A stretch of DNA of 64,000 nt from Eledone cirrhosa (lineage: Eukaryota), in assembly GCA_964016885.1 (NCBI GenBank), contig OZ024743.1, forward strand, positions 262,818,001 through 262,882,000. The letters run 5' to 3'. This document shows, in pieces, positions 50,851 through 64,000 of this stretch. The translations under genes and the position numbers were made by a program. Within the stretch, counting starts at the first letter, position 1. Each line of letters begins with the position of its first letter. The notes beneath the pieces are model-generated. The model was not told the origin of the DNA. It made no database searches and worked only from the letters and a program-made list of their open reading frames with translations.

Positions 50851-53069
50851 CCAGCAAGATCACTGGAGCTTCAGTACTGTTTATGTACAGTTGTGCACAG
50901 GGGAGGTTGTCATGTCTTGGACACAACAACCTTTGTTTCACCAGCTTTCTATGGCTGGATGCCCTTCATAAGGGTTAAAAGAAAAGTAATAGAAAATGCC
51001 TAAATTAAGTGAATATTTGATGTATTTGTTTATTATATGTTAAGGACTTTGCTAATGACTGTGGAATAGGAGAACGTGTTCATATAATAAATACACAATA
51101 TAAATGGACTAAAACATATTCTGTCTTAATTTCACTTAGCTAGAGTTGTTGACCTGCTATTGTTTCATGTACATTGATTAATATACAAACATCTCATTTC
51201 TTATAGTTTATTCTCTGCTTGCTTTCAGCCAGGTGTTCTTTTTTTTAATATCATCAGCAAGTGTTATACAAAAAATAGAATGACTCTGTTCTTATAGTCC
51301 TTGTTTGATTACATAATTAATTAAAAAAAGAAATAGAAAAAATCAAACAAAATACCTGGATATTTGTGGCTAAAATGTTAAGTATACATTAGTAATGATA
51401 ATTAATGTGGTAATTTTGATTGTCTTATTTGATTTTATTCTATGCTTTATTCTCCACCATTTTATCATCTGGGGTGGTATGTATTGTTTTAGAAAAAAGT
51501 GGGCCCCCCCAGAATAATTGAAGATATTTCCTTCCACCAAATGCTTATTTATGAATTTATTAATTGCAATTTACTTAATATTTTTCTTTTAATGTTTTAA
51601 TTTATCTAAAGAGATGATTGTTTTAATTTTTAATTACAATAGGGAATTGGCAGAATTATTGAGCATCCAACAAAATCTCTTATGGTATTTGTTTTGGCTC
51701 TTTGCATTCTGAGTTCAAATCCTACAGAGGTCCTCTCTCCCTTTCTTCCTCTGTACTCACTGTGAAGTGATTGACATTCAACTGGTAACAACATAGGGCA
51801 AGGAGGACCCCTCAGTTAAGATTACAACTTGACAACCTCCATGGTTCCATGATAAAATGTGGTTGATGTTAGGAAGGGTATTCATCTGTTGAAACTATAC
51901 CAAAAAGGGTTGGCAGGACTCTTCAGTTGTGTCTAGGATATGACAATCTCCCTACTACTGGTGCTATGATAAAATGCATCTAGTACACTTTGTAAGTTGA
52001 TTAGTATTAGGAAGGGTATCTAACTATAGAAACCATGCTGAAACTGAAATATATGTAAGTGGTATGTTGCCTCCAGCTGGTCTAGGATGACAGTAGCTTC
52101 GATTATATACTGACTTGATGCTAGCATTAAAAAAACATGTAAAATGATGATGTATATTGTATATTCTTAATTCATTGTCAAAAAAGAAAGTCTTTAAAAT
52201 TTCCAAAATTATCATTTAAAAAACTGAAAAATCTATTCTATTTCAATCACAGCAAACTAAACTATTAATGAATAGAGCTTTTTCCTTTGTATAGCTTGAT
52301 TGAATGGACTTATGCATTAATAGAAGGTATGACGCAGAGTGCAGCTTTAAATTGTTGCCTAAATGACTTCTTGGTGCACAGTGTTAAATCAATTACACTT
52401 TTTTCCCCAAGTATTTGTGGCCTTTGTAAGGAATAATTTAGCAATGTTGCACTGTTGAAGAATGTTTTTGAATTTCCTTATATCACATTTTTTGGCAAAA
52501 TCCATGTTTCAGTTGCAATCAATTCTTACAAGTTGGAAATATGATTACTTTTCTTTTCTTTCTCAATGTGAATTATATAGGAAAGGTATCAACTACCTTG
52601 ACAAAGTAGAAGTAATCACTTAATTAAAATTGTTAACTGTATTCCACTTCCTTGGATTGTTGGCTATCTGAAATGAAAACTCTCCTTATTTCAACACTTC
52701 CTTTTTAACAAATTCCATATCAAATAATAAGAAATAACCCCAGTCTTGGACTGGTAGTTTTTTTTAAATTGATTTCAACAAGATGAAAGGCAAAGTTGAC
52801 CTCAGCAGGCTTTGAATTTGGAGTGCAGAGAGCTGGGGCAAAAACCACAAAACATTCTATCTGATGTTCTAATAACTCTGCCAATTCATTATCTTTTTAT
52901 TTTATGTTTATCATATATGGTAGTATGGCATGGTATGACCTGGTATTACCTGTAACTCCTGAGGAGTTGTAGGGGCACCATATTGACATAAGGCGTTTCT
53001 AGGGCATTTTTTAACCTGGCAGACACCATCTCCTCTCCAGGATTTATATATAGCTGTATTAAAATATTT

Positions 53070-53345
53070 GTGAAGATGCATGGCTTAGTGGTTTGGGAGT
53101 TGGATTCACAATTGTGAGGTTGTGAGTTTGATTCTCGGACTGGGTGATGCATTGTATCCTTGAGTATGACACTTTATTTCATGTTGCTCCAGTTCACTCA
53201 GCTGCAGAAATGAGTTGCAATGTCACTGGTGCCAAGCTGTAACGGCCTTTGCCTTTTCCTTGGACAACATCGGTGGCATAAGTAGGGGAAGACTGGTATG
53301 CATGGGCAACTGCAGGTCATCTGCAAAAACACCTTGCTCAAGCTT
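53070..53345 (+). mobile_element. tRNA/CORE SINE (family A head, different tail)
   Basis: TGGCTTAGTGG, GAGTTTGATTC, CCTTGAGTATGACACTTTATTTCA..TTGCTCCAGTTCACTCAGCTGCAGAAATGAG. Confidence 0.8.
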
Positions 53346-56300
53346 TTTAGGTGCAAAACCCATGGTTATTCATTGTTGAAGGGCTTTTATTAAAATATTT
53401 TACACCATTGTGCAGTCTACAATATTTTATTTTGACATGTGTTGCTTTGAAAAATAGACAGAAAGATACAATATTTTCTCTCAGCAAATGCTTATTCAAT
53501 ATATGGCTCTCACTACCACATTACCAACCTTTTATGATCCCTTAATAACCCTTGCTCCTTCTTAGTGTTGTCCACATGCAATCTAGATACTCCATGCCAT
53601 ATATGTATTTGAAAACATCTAAAACAATCACTTAACATATCGAAGAAACAACCTTGCATCATATGACTGGGTCCATATCATTAAAATAACCCTATAACCA
53701 TATATTAGTCTGAGTAAACCTGCAAGGAGTGGGCCACAACAACAACAAACACCCTTCATACACATAAACAAGTTAGAAATAAAACCTTGAAAAGTTTTGC
53801 TACACTTAGTAAACCTTACAAATTGCTGATGTCGCTTAATGACTTCACATCAATATATATCACTGAAAAAACTGCATCCTAGGTTTCTTGTTTTTTCACC
53901 CAGAAAATATTTGTGTCATCAACAGTTTTTACAAATGCTCAAGTGTGTCCACTACATTGGAGTTCTACTCACATATCATCTGGGACAGTGCTGCTGTTAC
54001 ACACATACACACACAGCTTTTAATCTGCTTTTTCTTAACCCTTTTGAATACAAACCACCTGAAACTGCTCCTGCTTCTATGATAATAAGCTGTTTATTTT
54101 TAAGTGTTTATATCTAAAAATAATTTCCAACATAATTTTATGTAAAAACCTTTTAAATATGTTCCAAACACGAGTGTAATAATGAGAAAATTAGTTCTAA
54201 TTATTAACTCAAGTTCTTGATTATTTTCAAAATGATGTGAAAATCATAGGCAGTATTTTTCATTAGAAATAAGGTAACAAAAAGGGTTAGTGAGTAGTGC
54301 AATTTTGTAGAGTTTTGGCTGTTATTTCTAGCAGATCAAGCAACCATGCAGAAGTTTCCTTGTTGGCCACCGAGGAGTTTTCCAGTTAGATATACAAGGT
54401 CTTTAAGTGGTGCTTAAGATCCTCAAGAGATGGTGAAAGTGGAAGGAGTTTAGTCATTCTTGTAGGGAGTATAGGTTTCAGGTTTTACTGCTTTGTGCAT
54501 TAGTGTGATGAATAGACTCTGAGCTCTTAAATCTGTAGTTGTTACCTATTCAGAATCCTTTCAAACCTGAACAAAGGAACCAGTAATTCTACAAACTGTT
54601 TTTTTCAAAACTTTTTGTTTCTTTTCAATATATCTTTATTGATAACATAACTAACTCTTAACGCTGTAATGATTTAGCAAAAAAGAAAAAAATGTATATA
54701 TAAACAGATTTGTTAATTCAAATACTTATATTGTGAAAATCTGCAACCTTAGACTAAAGACTTTAATAATTAATTTGATGCAGTCATAATGCTCTGTAAT
54801 ACTTAAAAAAAAAGTATCTTGCTAATGCAGTTTCATTATGTGGCAAATTGACAGGGTTGTTAGGGTATTAGATTAAATGCCTTGGTATTTGTTCCTGCTC
54901 TCTGTGTTCCGAGTTCAAATCACACTGAGGCCAACTTTGCTTTTCATCCTTTCAAGGTTGATGAAGCACTCATCAAATACTGGGGTAGCTTCTTCCTCTA
55001 TCTCCATTTGTTACTTTCTCTCTCTAGAAGAAATCACTTGGAGAGAAATGGTCTGTGCCAGGTTTAAAATGTCAGGACGGCACACAACCCCGCTCGGAGT
55101 TAAGAACCATTTGTTCTTCCTAATGAGGTTTCATGTGGTACTTTCTTCTCCACATTCCAGTTGGTACTTATGATGATGATGTATGATAAAGGTAGCAACC
55201 TGATAAAGTTATTAAAGTGTTACATAGAATGCCTTGCAGTGTTTGGTTCCCTGTTCTGAGGTCAAATCCTGCCCAGGTCTATTTTGCCTTTATCCTTTCA
55301 GGTTTGATAAAGTACTAATCAAATACTGGGGTTGATTCTGTCTGTCTTTCTTTCGCTTGTTGCTTTGTGAGAAGGGTCATGGGAGACCACTCAACTGTAT
55401 CCCTTTATTCAAGCAATGGAGGAGGCTTGAACAAGTGGTTAGTAAATTCTTCTCATAAAAAAAAAAATGATATGCCACTGAACCACTCCAAACACAATCC
55501 AAAGTACAGCACAACTGGGAATGGTGTATGAGATGCATACCATCTCTGATATTGTCATGTGTTGCATATGTTCCCTCCAGCTGGTCTACATACATTAACT
55601 CAGCAGTAGCTGTACAGTGTGACATTGGCTTTCTAATCAGCTGTCTCATCCAACAAATTACTTTTCTATGGAAACCACTAAAATATTTCACTAATTATCC
55701 AATGGTTAATCTTTCTATTTCACTTTTTCCATGCATGCACACACACACACATGTATGTACTTTTAATGCAGTTCTCAGGTGAGCAACCTACATGTTAAAT
55801 TAACACGTATGTGGCTGAATATTTCACACACACGTGTACTTTTAATGCAGTCCTCAGGCCAGATTAATGTGAGACAATGTGTCAAGGTTGGGCTTTTGAA
55901 TTACAGGGGCAATTCATTTGATGGGCTTCCACACAGTTTACACCTACCCAATTTCACTCACAAGGCTAGGATTGTTCTGTGGTTATGGTAAAACAAAATA
56001 CTGAATTGAAAACTAATTTTGAAACTAAAAATAGTTTTTAACTTAAAATAAGATGAAATAATGGTTTCTGCTTTAGGCACAAAGCCAGAAATTTGGGCAG
56101 GGAGGGGAAAGTCGATTAAATTGACCCCAGTATGGAACTGGTATTTTTTTTATAGACTTTGTAAGGATCAAAGGCAAAGCTAACCTTTGAAGGATTTGAA
56201 CTCAGAACGTAAAGGACCGTAGCTCTAGGGCCCCTAAGCATGTCTGAAAACAAGTAAATAAATGCCTGCATTTGGTTAAAAGCATAATATTGTTCATACT

Positions 56301-57164
56301 CAAATGCTACTAATATAGTAGTCAACAATGTCACCCATAGCCTGAGCCTATAGTAAAAGTTTTTCCCCCAAGGTGCCACACAGTGGGATCAAACCTGAAA
56401 CCATGTGGCTGCAAAGCAAACTTCTTAAGCACAGTTTACCTTATAACTTAGAATCTAGGGTGGTAGGCTTAATTCATCTACTGGTTCAACACTACTACCT
56501 AGTCTTTAGATTCCTCTACTGGAGATCACTCGGTTGCAAGCATCCTTACCAGGTTTTCAGTTTGAGGATAACATCATCCTTTGCCTTCAACAGACACAGA
56601 GGCTCTAAATAAAATAATAGATGCCCTTCTTACTCTATGATGTAAAAACAGAATCTCTAGTGTTGTTTAGCTAGACCTACCTCAACCCTGATGGAGCAGA
56701 CCAGTGATCAAAGGTTTTCAAGCCATGACTGTCTTGTTTTTTAGGGGTATATAAAACTGCTTTATCTGATATATTATTTTCTATTTTTTAAGATGGTACA
56801 GGTGTGATTTGAGGGGGATCTGCCAAGAAGAATGACCACATAGTCTTTGTTGTTTAGCTCATCTTTGGATGTCTGTGTGCTGTATTTTGTCATGGTTAAA
56901 TACTGTTAGAATAATGAGTTGGTGTAACAACTTGCAAGAATCTGGTTCTTTTGAAGTCATTCGATATTTTTTTAAATAATGCTGTAGCTTCCGATATTCT
57001 CTTGCATGGCAGTCTTCTTTTGAAGTAGTAAAAGACTTAATATTAAATATTTGTAAAGCCAATCTGGATCATACAATTAAAATAAAGCCTCAAGTAACAA
57101 TATTTTTCGGTAAATCTCCCGTGATTCTTCTTAATTGAAGCAGCTGTGTGCTCCTATTATTATT

Positions 57165-57800
57165 AGAATGGCAGTATTGGTAGTGTTGAACAACATGCTT
57201 TGCAGCATAGTTACGTCCCTTTACATTTAAATCCTACTGGGGTTATCATTGCCTTTCGTCTTTACAGGGTTGATAAAATAAAGTACCAGTAATACACTGA
57301 GGTAAATTTATAGACTTTCTCCTCTCCCACAATTGTGCCTAAATCAGAAACCATTCTTATTATTTGTGGATTGGCAGAATCGTTAGAGCATTGGACAATG
57401 CTTTATGATATTTAGTTACACCTTTTTACATTCTGAGTTCAAATCCTGCCAAGGTCAACTTTGCCTTTTATCTTTCAAGGGTCAATAAAGTAATGTACCA
57501 GTTAAATATTGGGGTTAATATAATCAGTTTTTCTGACCTTGTGCCAAAATACAGAAACCAGTATTATTATTATTGTAGGGGGTAGATTGGCAGTATCGAC
57601 AGATCGTCAGACAACATGCTTTGCAGCATAGTTATGGCCCGTTACGTTCTAAGTTCAAATCCCAACAAGGTTAGCTTTACTTTTCATCCTTACAGGGTTG
57701 ATAAAATAAAGTACCAGTAACACACTACGGTCAATTTAATCGATTTTACCCTCCCCCTTCAAATTGCTGGCCTTGTGCCAAAGTAGAAACAGTTATTATT
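57165..57800 (+). mobile_element. Three tandem head-to-tail SINE family B copies
   Basis: Units at ~57165, ~57365 and ~57580, each with TGGCAG.AT.G..AG, CATGCTTT/AATGCTTT, GGG.T.ATAAA...GTACCAGT and GTGCC.AA..AGAAAC followed by (ATT)n. Confidence 0.8.
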
Positions 57801-59699
57801 TCATTATTTATAAAGTTTGTGTGAGGAGTGGACAACCGAATTAAGCATATGACTTGTATCATTGGTCATAAGTTCATCTCGCTCTTCTGCTTTATAGTTG
57901 GCTTTTCTATACACAAACATCTTCTCCAGAGAGGATTTAATAATTATTTTGAAAAATGGATTAGAGTAGTGGAGTGAATGTATGAAGGAACATAGTGTAT
58001 TTACATAATTTATGCTAATTTGGCATCACATTCTGCTATGGTTTGATAAAATATGTTCTCATTATACACAAGGATTGTTGTTTAACCCCACATCAGCCTT
58101 CATCCGACAGAATCTGCAATCAAATGTGTTCCAGCTGTGACCAAACTGCACATATGATTACATTATCCAATGTGTATTCCATTTATTTAAGATGATAGGG
58201 TGTGATTTTGAGGAAGCTTTTGCTGCTGTTTCTGGCAGGTTGAATGACTATGTAGGTGCTCTTTTATTGCACACTGACTCAGATATTAACCCTTTTGATA
58301 ACAAACTGCCTGACATTGACTCTGGTTCTATGATACAAAACTGTTTATTTTAAAGTGTTTATATTTATCTAAAAACCTTTCATTATAATCTTATTTAAAA
58401 GCCTTTGTTAAGTTATGCTCCAAACATTAGATACTAAATAAGAAAAGTTATATAATTAAATCTTGCAAAATTCTTGAATATTCTCAAAATGATTTGGAAA
58501 CCATAGGCAGTGTCTTTTATTTAAAATATGGTTTATTTAATTGGTTTACTTTATATGCTATAACCTTTTGCTATTTTATTATAACATATTTAACTTAGAA
58601 ACTTGTTAAATAATGTAGTCCTCAATACACTGTTAAAAAAAACAGGATGGTCATAACTGGAATGATTTTGATCATAACTCAACTTTTTTAAGGTTGACCT
58701 AGGGTTAAACAACAATATGATTGCTGTAGTGTTTTTTTAGGTCAGTCAGGAAGGATATTAGTGACTGTGAATTGGTTGTGTCATTAGAGTAGTATTAGGT
58801 TCAACTCTCTGAGCTATAAGTTCAAATCCTGCTATGGTCAGTTTTGCTTTTCATTCTTCTAGGGCTGATAAATAAATGAATGCTTCAGGATGGTTGTTTG
58901 GTGGGATTGTTAGAATGTTGGATTTGTCTCTGCTTCCTCCTATTACTGGAAAAATGGTGACATGATAGGACTGGGGCCCCTATCATTAAAACACTGAAGA
59001 CACCTACTATAAGTTGCAACATAATAGGAAGCCAGCAAAATCTGCTGAGATCTGAACTGTAACAATGACATATATAAGTATTTGTGAACATTGTCTTATA
59101 GAAATGGTCATGTAGGGAAAAATGTAATTAACATTTAGAGAATACAGATGTTTCTAAACTGAAGAAGAAAGATTCATTTTTACAAAATACAAAAAAATAA
59201 AGGTATTATTTAAAATGTGGTCTTCAAATGTTTATCTCTTTGTAATGATTCTCTAATATGATTTTCATATCAAAGTGAGTTATGCAACTTTTTCATTGTC
59301 CTGGCAAATAAAATAGCAAATGCCTTCTTGATGATGTGCTGAAGAAAGCCATTCCATCTCGTTGAGCTCATTCTTATAAAAGATCTTCTTTGTGATGGTT
59401 GAACTGAAATAGGGAGGTAGTTTGAGGGTCTAGGATGCCAGATGTTTCCTTCATTTTAAGATTCAAAGAGAAACCTATCAAAGAGCAGCCTGGTACTTTG
59501 TCAGTGCACAATCTCCAGGCTATCAGCTGTTGAAGCCTAAGTCTGACACCGATATTACCTGGTTGCTATTTCAGAATATTCTATGTTAAATATTTAAATC
59601 TCTATAGAAAAAAAAAAACAACAAAACACCGATATATGTTCTTGAAGAGTGTTTTCTTTTTAGCACAAAAGTAGTTGGTCAACAAATAGATTATTTTAA

Positions 59700-60420
59700 A
59701 TTGAGTTTCTTCTTATTTCTGAAAGGGACAGTCCTCAAACACTCCTTCCAGTGGGTCCTGTCAGAAGCAACCATTTCCAACTGATCTGGCTGGATCCCCA
59801 AACTCATGGATGTTATCCAACCATCTGGCTTGGGGCTACTCCTGGGTCTCCTGCCTGTTGGTTTTGTCTGTAAAATCTGTCCAGCAATTCTTTCCTGAGA
59901 CATTCTAACGACAAGCCCATAGTATTGGAGCTGTGATCCCTCAATTCAGAAAAGTAGCGGCTCTACCTGAAGTGACTGTCTGATTTCTGAGCTATGCACT
60001 CTATTCAGTAACGTTACTCCAAAGACTCTTCAGAAGAATTCCATTTCAGCTGCTTGAATTTGTGATCATATTCTTTCAGTCATTATCCAAGATTCATGAT
60101 CATTGGTGAGGGTTGGCATGAATACTGAATTGAAGATAGCGAGTTTGGCTTTTACACCTACCTCCCTTCTTCTGATTACTGGATGCTGAAGCTAGTGCAG
60201 TAATGCACCAGCTCCTGCAATTCTTGCACTTAATTCAGCCTTTTGCCATCCATCATTCATGAACACAGCCCTGAGATACCTAAACTTCTCCACCTGTTTC
60301 AGTGGAACTCCATTTACATGTATAGTGCACTGTACAGGCCTCCTTGAGAGGACGAGTGTCTCAGTTTTCACAGCACTGATTTTCATTCTGGCCATGCAGC
60401 ACTCAGCATCAAACCTATGA
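59700..60420 (-). mobile_element. RTE-type LINE 3' part (second family, no PHD insert)
   Basis: MKISAVKTETLV, VEKFRYLRAVF, ELSARIAGAG, HESWIMT, IQAAEMEF, PTGRRPR. Confidence 0.85.
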
Positions 60421-62618
60421 ATTGAGTTTATTTCTCAAAATCCTCTCCTTTATTTCATATTCTGTATATACTCATCTATAATTTGCATCTTTTCCCCCCA
60501 CAAAAATATGATGTGAAAAGCCAGCATGTGATTGATCTACTGAACCTACAAAACCTGAATTGAAAATGATGGTACATTGTAAATGTTTTTTGTAAATTGG
60601 AGGTGCGAATATGTATTAAAAGTAAATATAATGAAAGACTAGATGTTACAGTGTTTGGTGATTGAACAGAGACAATATAAGGTCTGAGGGGACTCTTCAG
60701 TCTGGATGATCAGGTGCTGGTGCCACAATAAAACATCCTCAGTCTACTCTGTAAATAAGTAGTGCTGGGCTACAAAAAAATGCATCCAGTACACCCAGCT
60801 GTAGAAACCATACCAAATATGGAATGTATGTGTGAAATAAGGTCATGCTGTTCCCTCTGGTCTCAGACTATGATGACCTATTCAACTCAGAGTAGAAAGC
60901 AACTCAGAGTAGAAAGCAGCTGTACAAATGATATGTTATTTACTAATTGGTCTGCTGACTGGCAGTTTCAGTTCTTACTACAAATACTGATGATTTCTCA
61001 GTAAATGACATATTACTCTTTTCTCAATCTACCTATTGGAATAAAAAAAATTTCCTTTTCCCATTTCCTTATAGACTGATTAAATGAGAAAAGGCACTCA
61101 ACCACTTTCTTTAAAAAAATTATATGAAACTATTCAATTTGTAGAAATCCAATACCTGTTAGCATGTGAGAACAGGTGTAACAATGTCGAGGAAAGGGTT
61201 TAAAAAAAAAAAAGAGTTGTACAATAAAAATGGTAATACAAGCCTTCTTTGATTCTACTTTTTCATTGTAGCTAAATTCAGGAAGAGAGGAAATAGATTA
61301 TTCCATATATCTTATTCCTTGCTGCCACTTGAGAGAGAGAGTGTGTGCGTGAGAGAGAGATATTCTAGTCTCCTTATCGAGAAAATATCACTTCCTCTAT
61401 ATAGTTTATGTGTTAACAGTATGAAGGGCATTTAACGCTATACTTTACCTATTCCCATGTAGATATCACAAAGAATAAACAAACCAAACTAAAACAAGAG
61501 TTATGGTAAAGAAACAAGCAAAAAAACAAGAACAACAACAAAAAAAAAATGCTTTGCTCAGGAATTTAGGCCAGGATTGCTTTTGGTAATTCTATATAGT
61601 GGCCTACTTGTAGCTGACTGAAAATCAATGAATGAGCTATCAGAGTTCAAAATAGGATCTAACATCAAAAGATTGGGGAAAGAATATGACAAAAGATTAA
61701 GTTCTGGTGGCTGGAGGTTATATTCTCTTTTGACTATCTGCAGGAACCTGATAACGATGGTGATGTTAGTGATGATGATGATTCTCCTTCAGAATAAAAA
61801 AAAAATTTCCATAATTCATAAAGATTTTTTTCTCTTCATATTCATCATCAAACTATTGGTTTCTAATGTCTGGTACATCATTTATCTGTCTTAAAAGATG
61901 GAGAGAGAGGAGGGAGAAGATTTTAGCAAAGAATTTTGTCATTTAAGAATATTGGAATCTTATTGAATTATAAAGAACATTTGTCGGTGTTAATGTATGT
62001 GTAACTAGAGAGGTGATAATTTTGTCAGTAGGAGTTAAAATATTAAACATACCTAAATTACTTTAGCTTGCATTATTATATTCCATAAACTGTTTAACCT
62101 AGATGCCTTATTTAATACAGATTATATATTGCAAATTAACGGGTTTGATGTGATGTAACATTCTTGATTATTTTGGCACCAGGTGTCTCTGCTGTATGGT
62201 AAAATATATTAATTTCTTATTTTCTTTTTATATAAGAATTTCTTTCATGTACTCTCACCTTTCAACACCAAGTGTGCATGCACACAAACTATTTCATTGC
62301 AGTGTAAAAGTTCAGTAAATATTTTGTTTGCTGTTGAGTTAGTTTGTTATATATTTGATTTTGATGTCTATTGTGACTAGATATGTGGTAATTATCATTG
62401 ATAAAAGTAATTTATTCTGTGAATATATCTCTTTGCATGGTTTCAAATTATCTTTCTTTAACTCAAATTGAAAATTTTATTCTGAAATATTTTTTTCATA
62501 CTTTGATATATTCAATGTTGTGTGCGAAGAAGGCTTCTTAGTTCATTTATGTGTAATAAGTTAGTGAAGCAAATAGAAAACATAAACATATCTATAAATG
62601 CATTATTAAAATTAGTTG

Positions 62619-62663
<45 letters not shown>

Positions 62664-62741
62664 CATATGTATGTACATATATTTAAATGGTCATGTGTAC
62701 ATATAAGTGCATATATATACATGCATATATGTTTGTTTATT

Positions 62742-62804
<63 letters not shown>

Positions 62805-62805
<1 letters not shown>

Positions 62806-63150
62806 CATTTAACGTCCATGGGTTAGATGGGTTGTCACGTTATAAGATAATTCAGGTCAAGTGATTATATCTTGCTCATACGGATCTGTATTTTGGCTTG
62901 GTTTCTACTGTTAGATGCCCTTCCTAACCATGTTACAGCATGGACTGGGTGCTTTTTGTTGTGTCACCAGCACCACCACTTAACAGCTTGGACTGGGTAC
63001 ATTTTGTTGTCAACAGCACAACCACATTACAGGCTGAACTGGGCACTTTTAATTGTGCCATCATCACGCCCACCTTATAGGATGAATTGAGTGTTTTTGT
63101 TGTTATGGCACCAGATCAGCATATAGGATGGACTTAGTGCTTTTGTCATG
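62805..63150 (-). mobile_element. RTE/SINE 3' tail with ~5 tandem ~48-bp modules
   Basis: TTTAACGTCCATG end and TTTCTAC...GATGCCCTTCCTAAC, followed by repeated TTACAG..TGGACTGGG...TTTT.TTGT units. Confidence 0.7.
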
Positions 63151-63334
63151 ATGCTTCTATAGTTTTCTCTGTCTAGTACATCTCCTTTATGCTTGTAGCA
63201 GTTGATGTTGCTGCGATGCCAGTCATTCGGTATGGCACCATTTTATATTTCTTTGTTTATAATACGAGTAATTAAGGTGTGACCCACCATCCCCAGATGC
63301 TTCCAGCATCTCAGCAACTATCCCCAAAGGTCCA

Positions 63335-63368
<34 letters not shown>

Positions 63369-63830
63369 TCAAGAAGTTTCTTTAGCAGCCCAAGTGTATG
63401 ATAAAGTTATATCTGTATAAATATAGAGAGTGTTACCAAGACTGCAACAATATGTCTGTTTTGGAATAATATTAAAAGTGAATGGGTATATATATCCATC
63501 AAATACATTTCCTTGTGTAGGACATGCATAGAGAAATGAAGCAACCATGCTTCGTTGGGTGTGCAATGTGTGAGAGAAAGGCAAAGCTTGGAAAAGCTGG
63601 GTTTAAGAGGAATTCGAGGTGGTGTGTAGGAGAGAAGACTGCATTGGTCCAAACATGTGATGCACTTAGATGGCGATCACTGGGTCAAAAAAGGACAATA
63701 GAGGTAGACCAAGAAAGACCTGGATAGAGGTGGTGAGAGCTGACCTCAAATCGCTGAGACTCTTAGAGATGACAAAGGAACATGTTGAGAAGGACCTGTC
63801 TAACTCATGCAAGCATGTAAAAATGATGAT
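63150..63830. mobile_element. RTE fragments (63150-63335 minus, RT start; 63520-63830 plus, 3' end with tail)
   Basis: GPLGIVAEMLEASG, IPNDWH, LDRENYR on the minus strand; RRRLHWSKHV, RGRPRKTW and CATGCAAGCATG on the plus strand. Confidence 0.75.
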
Positions 63831-64000
63831 ATAAATTGTGACTGTCAACCTAATTGTGTATGATCACATGCCTCCCCATTATAGGCCCTCAAAATGACAG
63901 CCATACATCATTATAGGAAGGCAAGAACTCATCTCCTAAACTTCAACACTGGATTTAACACCATTTGTAAGAGAATTGTCACTGCTCACACCTAGTGAAA

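Noticed and set aside
52296-52436. Frame LIEWT...SV..IT...CGLCKE resembling TUSC3/MAGT1 exon 2 (LMEWT...CxxCK)
   Set aside because: Lacks the conserved GDKF and PPRNYS motifs, the nearby acceptor phase is incompatible with the phase-0 exon 1, and a stop follows with no suitable donor; most likely chance.
59461-59589. Phase-0 acceptor followed by 42 open codons (IQRETYQRAAWYF...) as a candidate exon 2
   Set aside because: No similarity to OST3/OST6 proteins and it ends in a stop; short open frames are expected by chance.

Overview
AT-rich, repeat-saturated eukaryotic (animal) DNA, not prokaryotic. The repeat inventory looks like an octopus or other coleoid cephalopod genome; that is an inference from repeat types, not a database result. 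Almost all long ORFs in the supplied track are artefacts of tandem repeats or pieces of decayed retrotransposons. The only host-gene signal I can support is a signal-peptide first exon (39581-39694, +) ending QRKKE|GTAAGC. It matches exon 1 of the TUSC3/MAGT1 (OST3/OST6) oligosaccharyltransferase subunit and lies in a CpG-richer patch with two CCAAT boxes; I could not find exon 2, so the rest of the window is probably intron 1. Mobile DNA includes a near-intact DD34D mariner (11312-12627), a 5'-truncated Penelope-like element (RT + GIY-YIG), three R4/Dong-like RLE retrotransposon 3' ends, many RTE and some CR1-type fragments, two tRNA-derived SINE families, MITEs, and an 8.8-kb 12-bp satellite with an orientation switch and higher-order duplications. 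The most striking structure not shown by the ORF track is a set of about 8 minimal hammerhead-ribozyme motifs. Several sit in fold-back (palindromic) Penelope pLTR remnants next to (TA)n tracts, including a ~260-bp-arm palindrome interrupted by a chimeric Penelope/RTE insert. I found no clear new multi-gene system; the best candidates are these RNA-level structures. All alignments and mismatch counts were made by eye.
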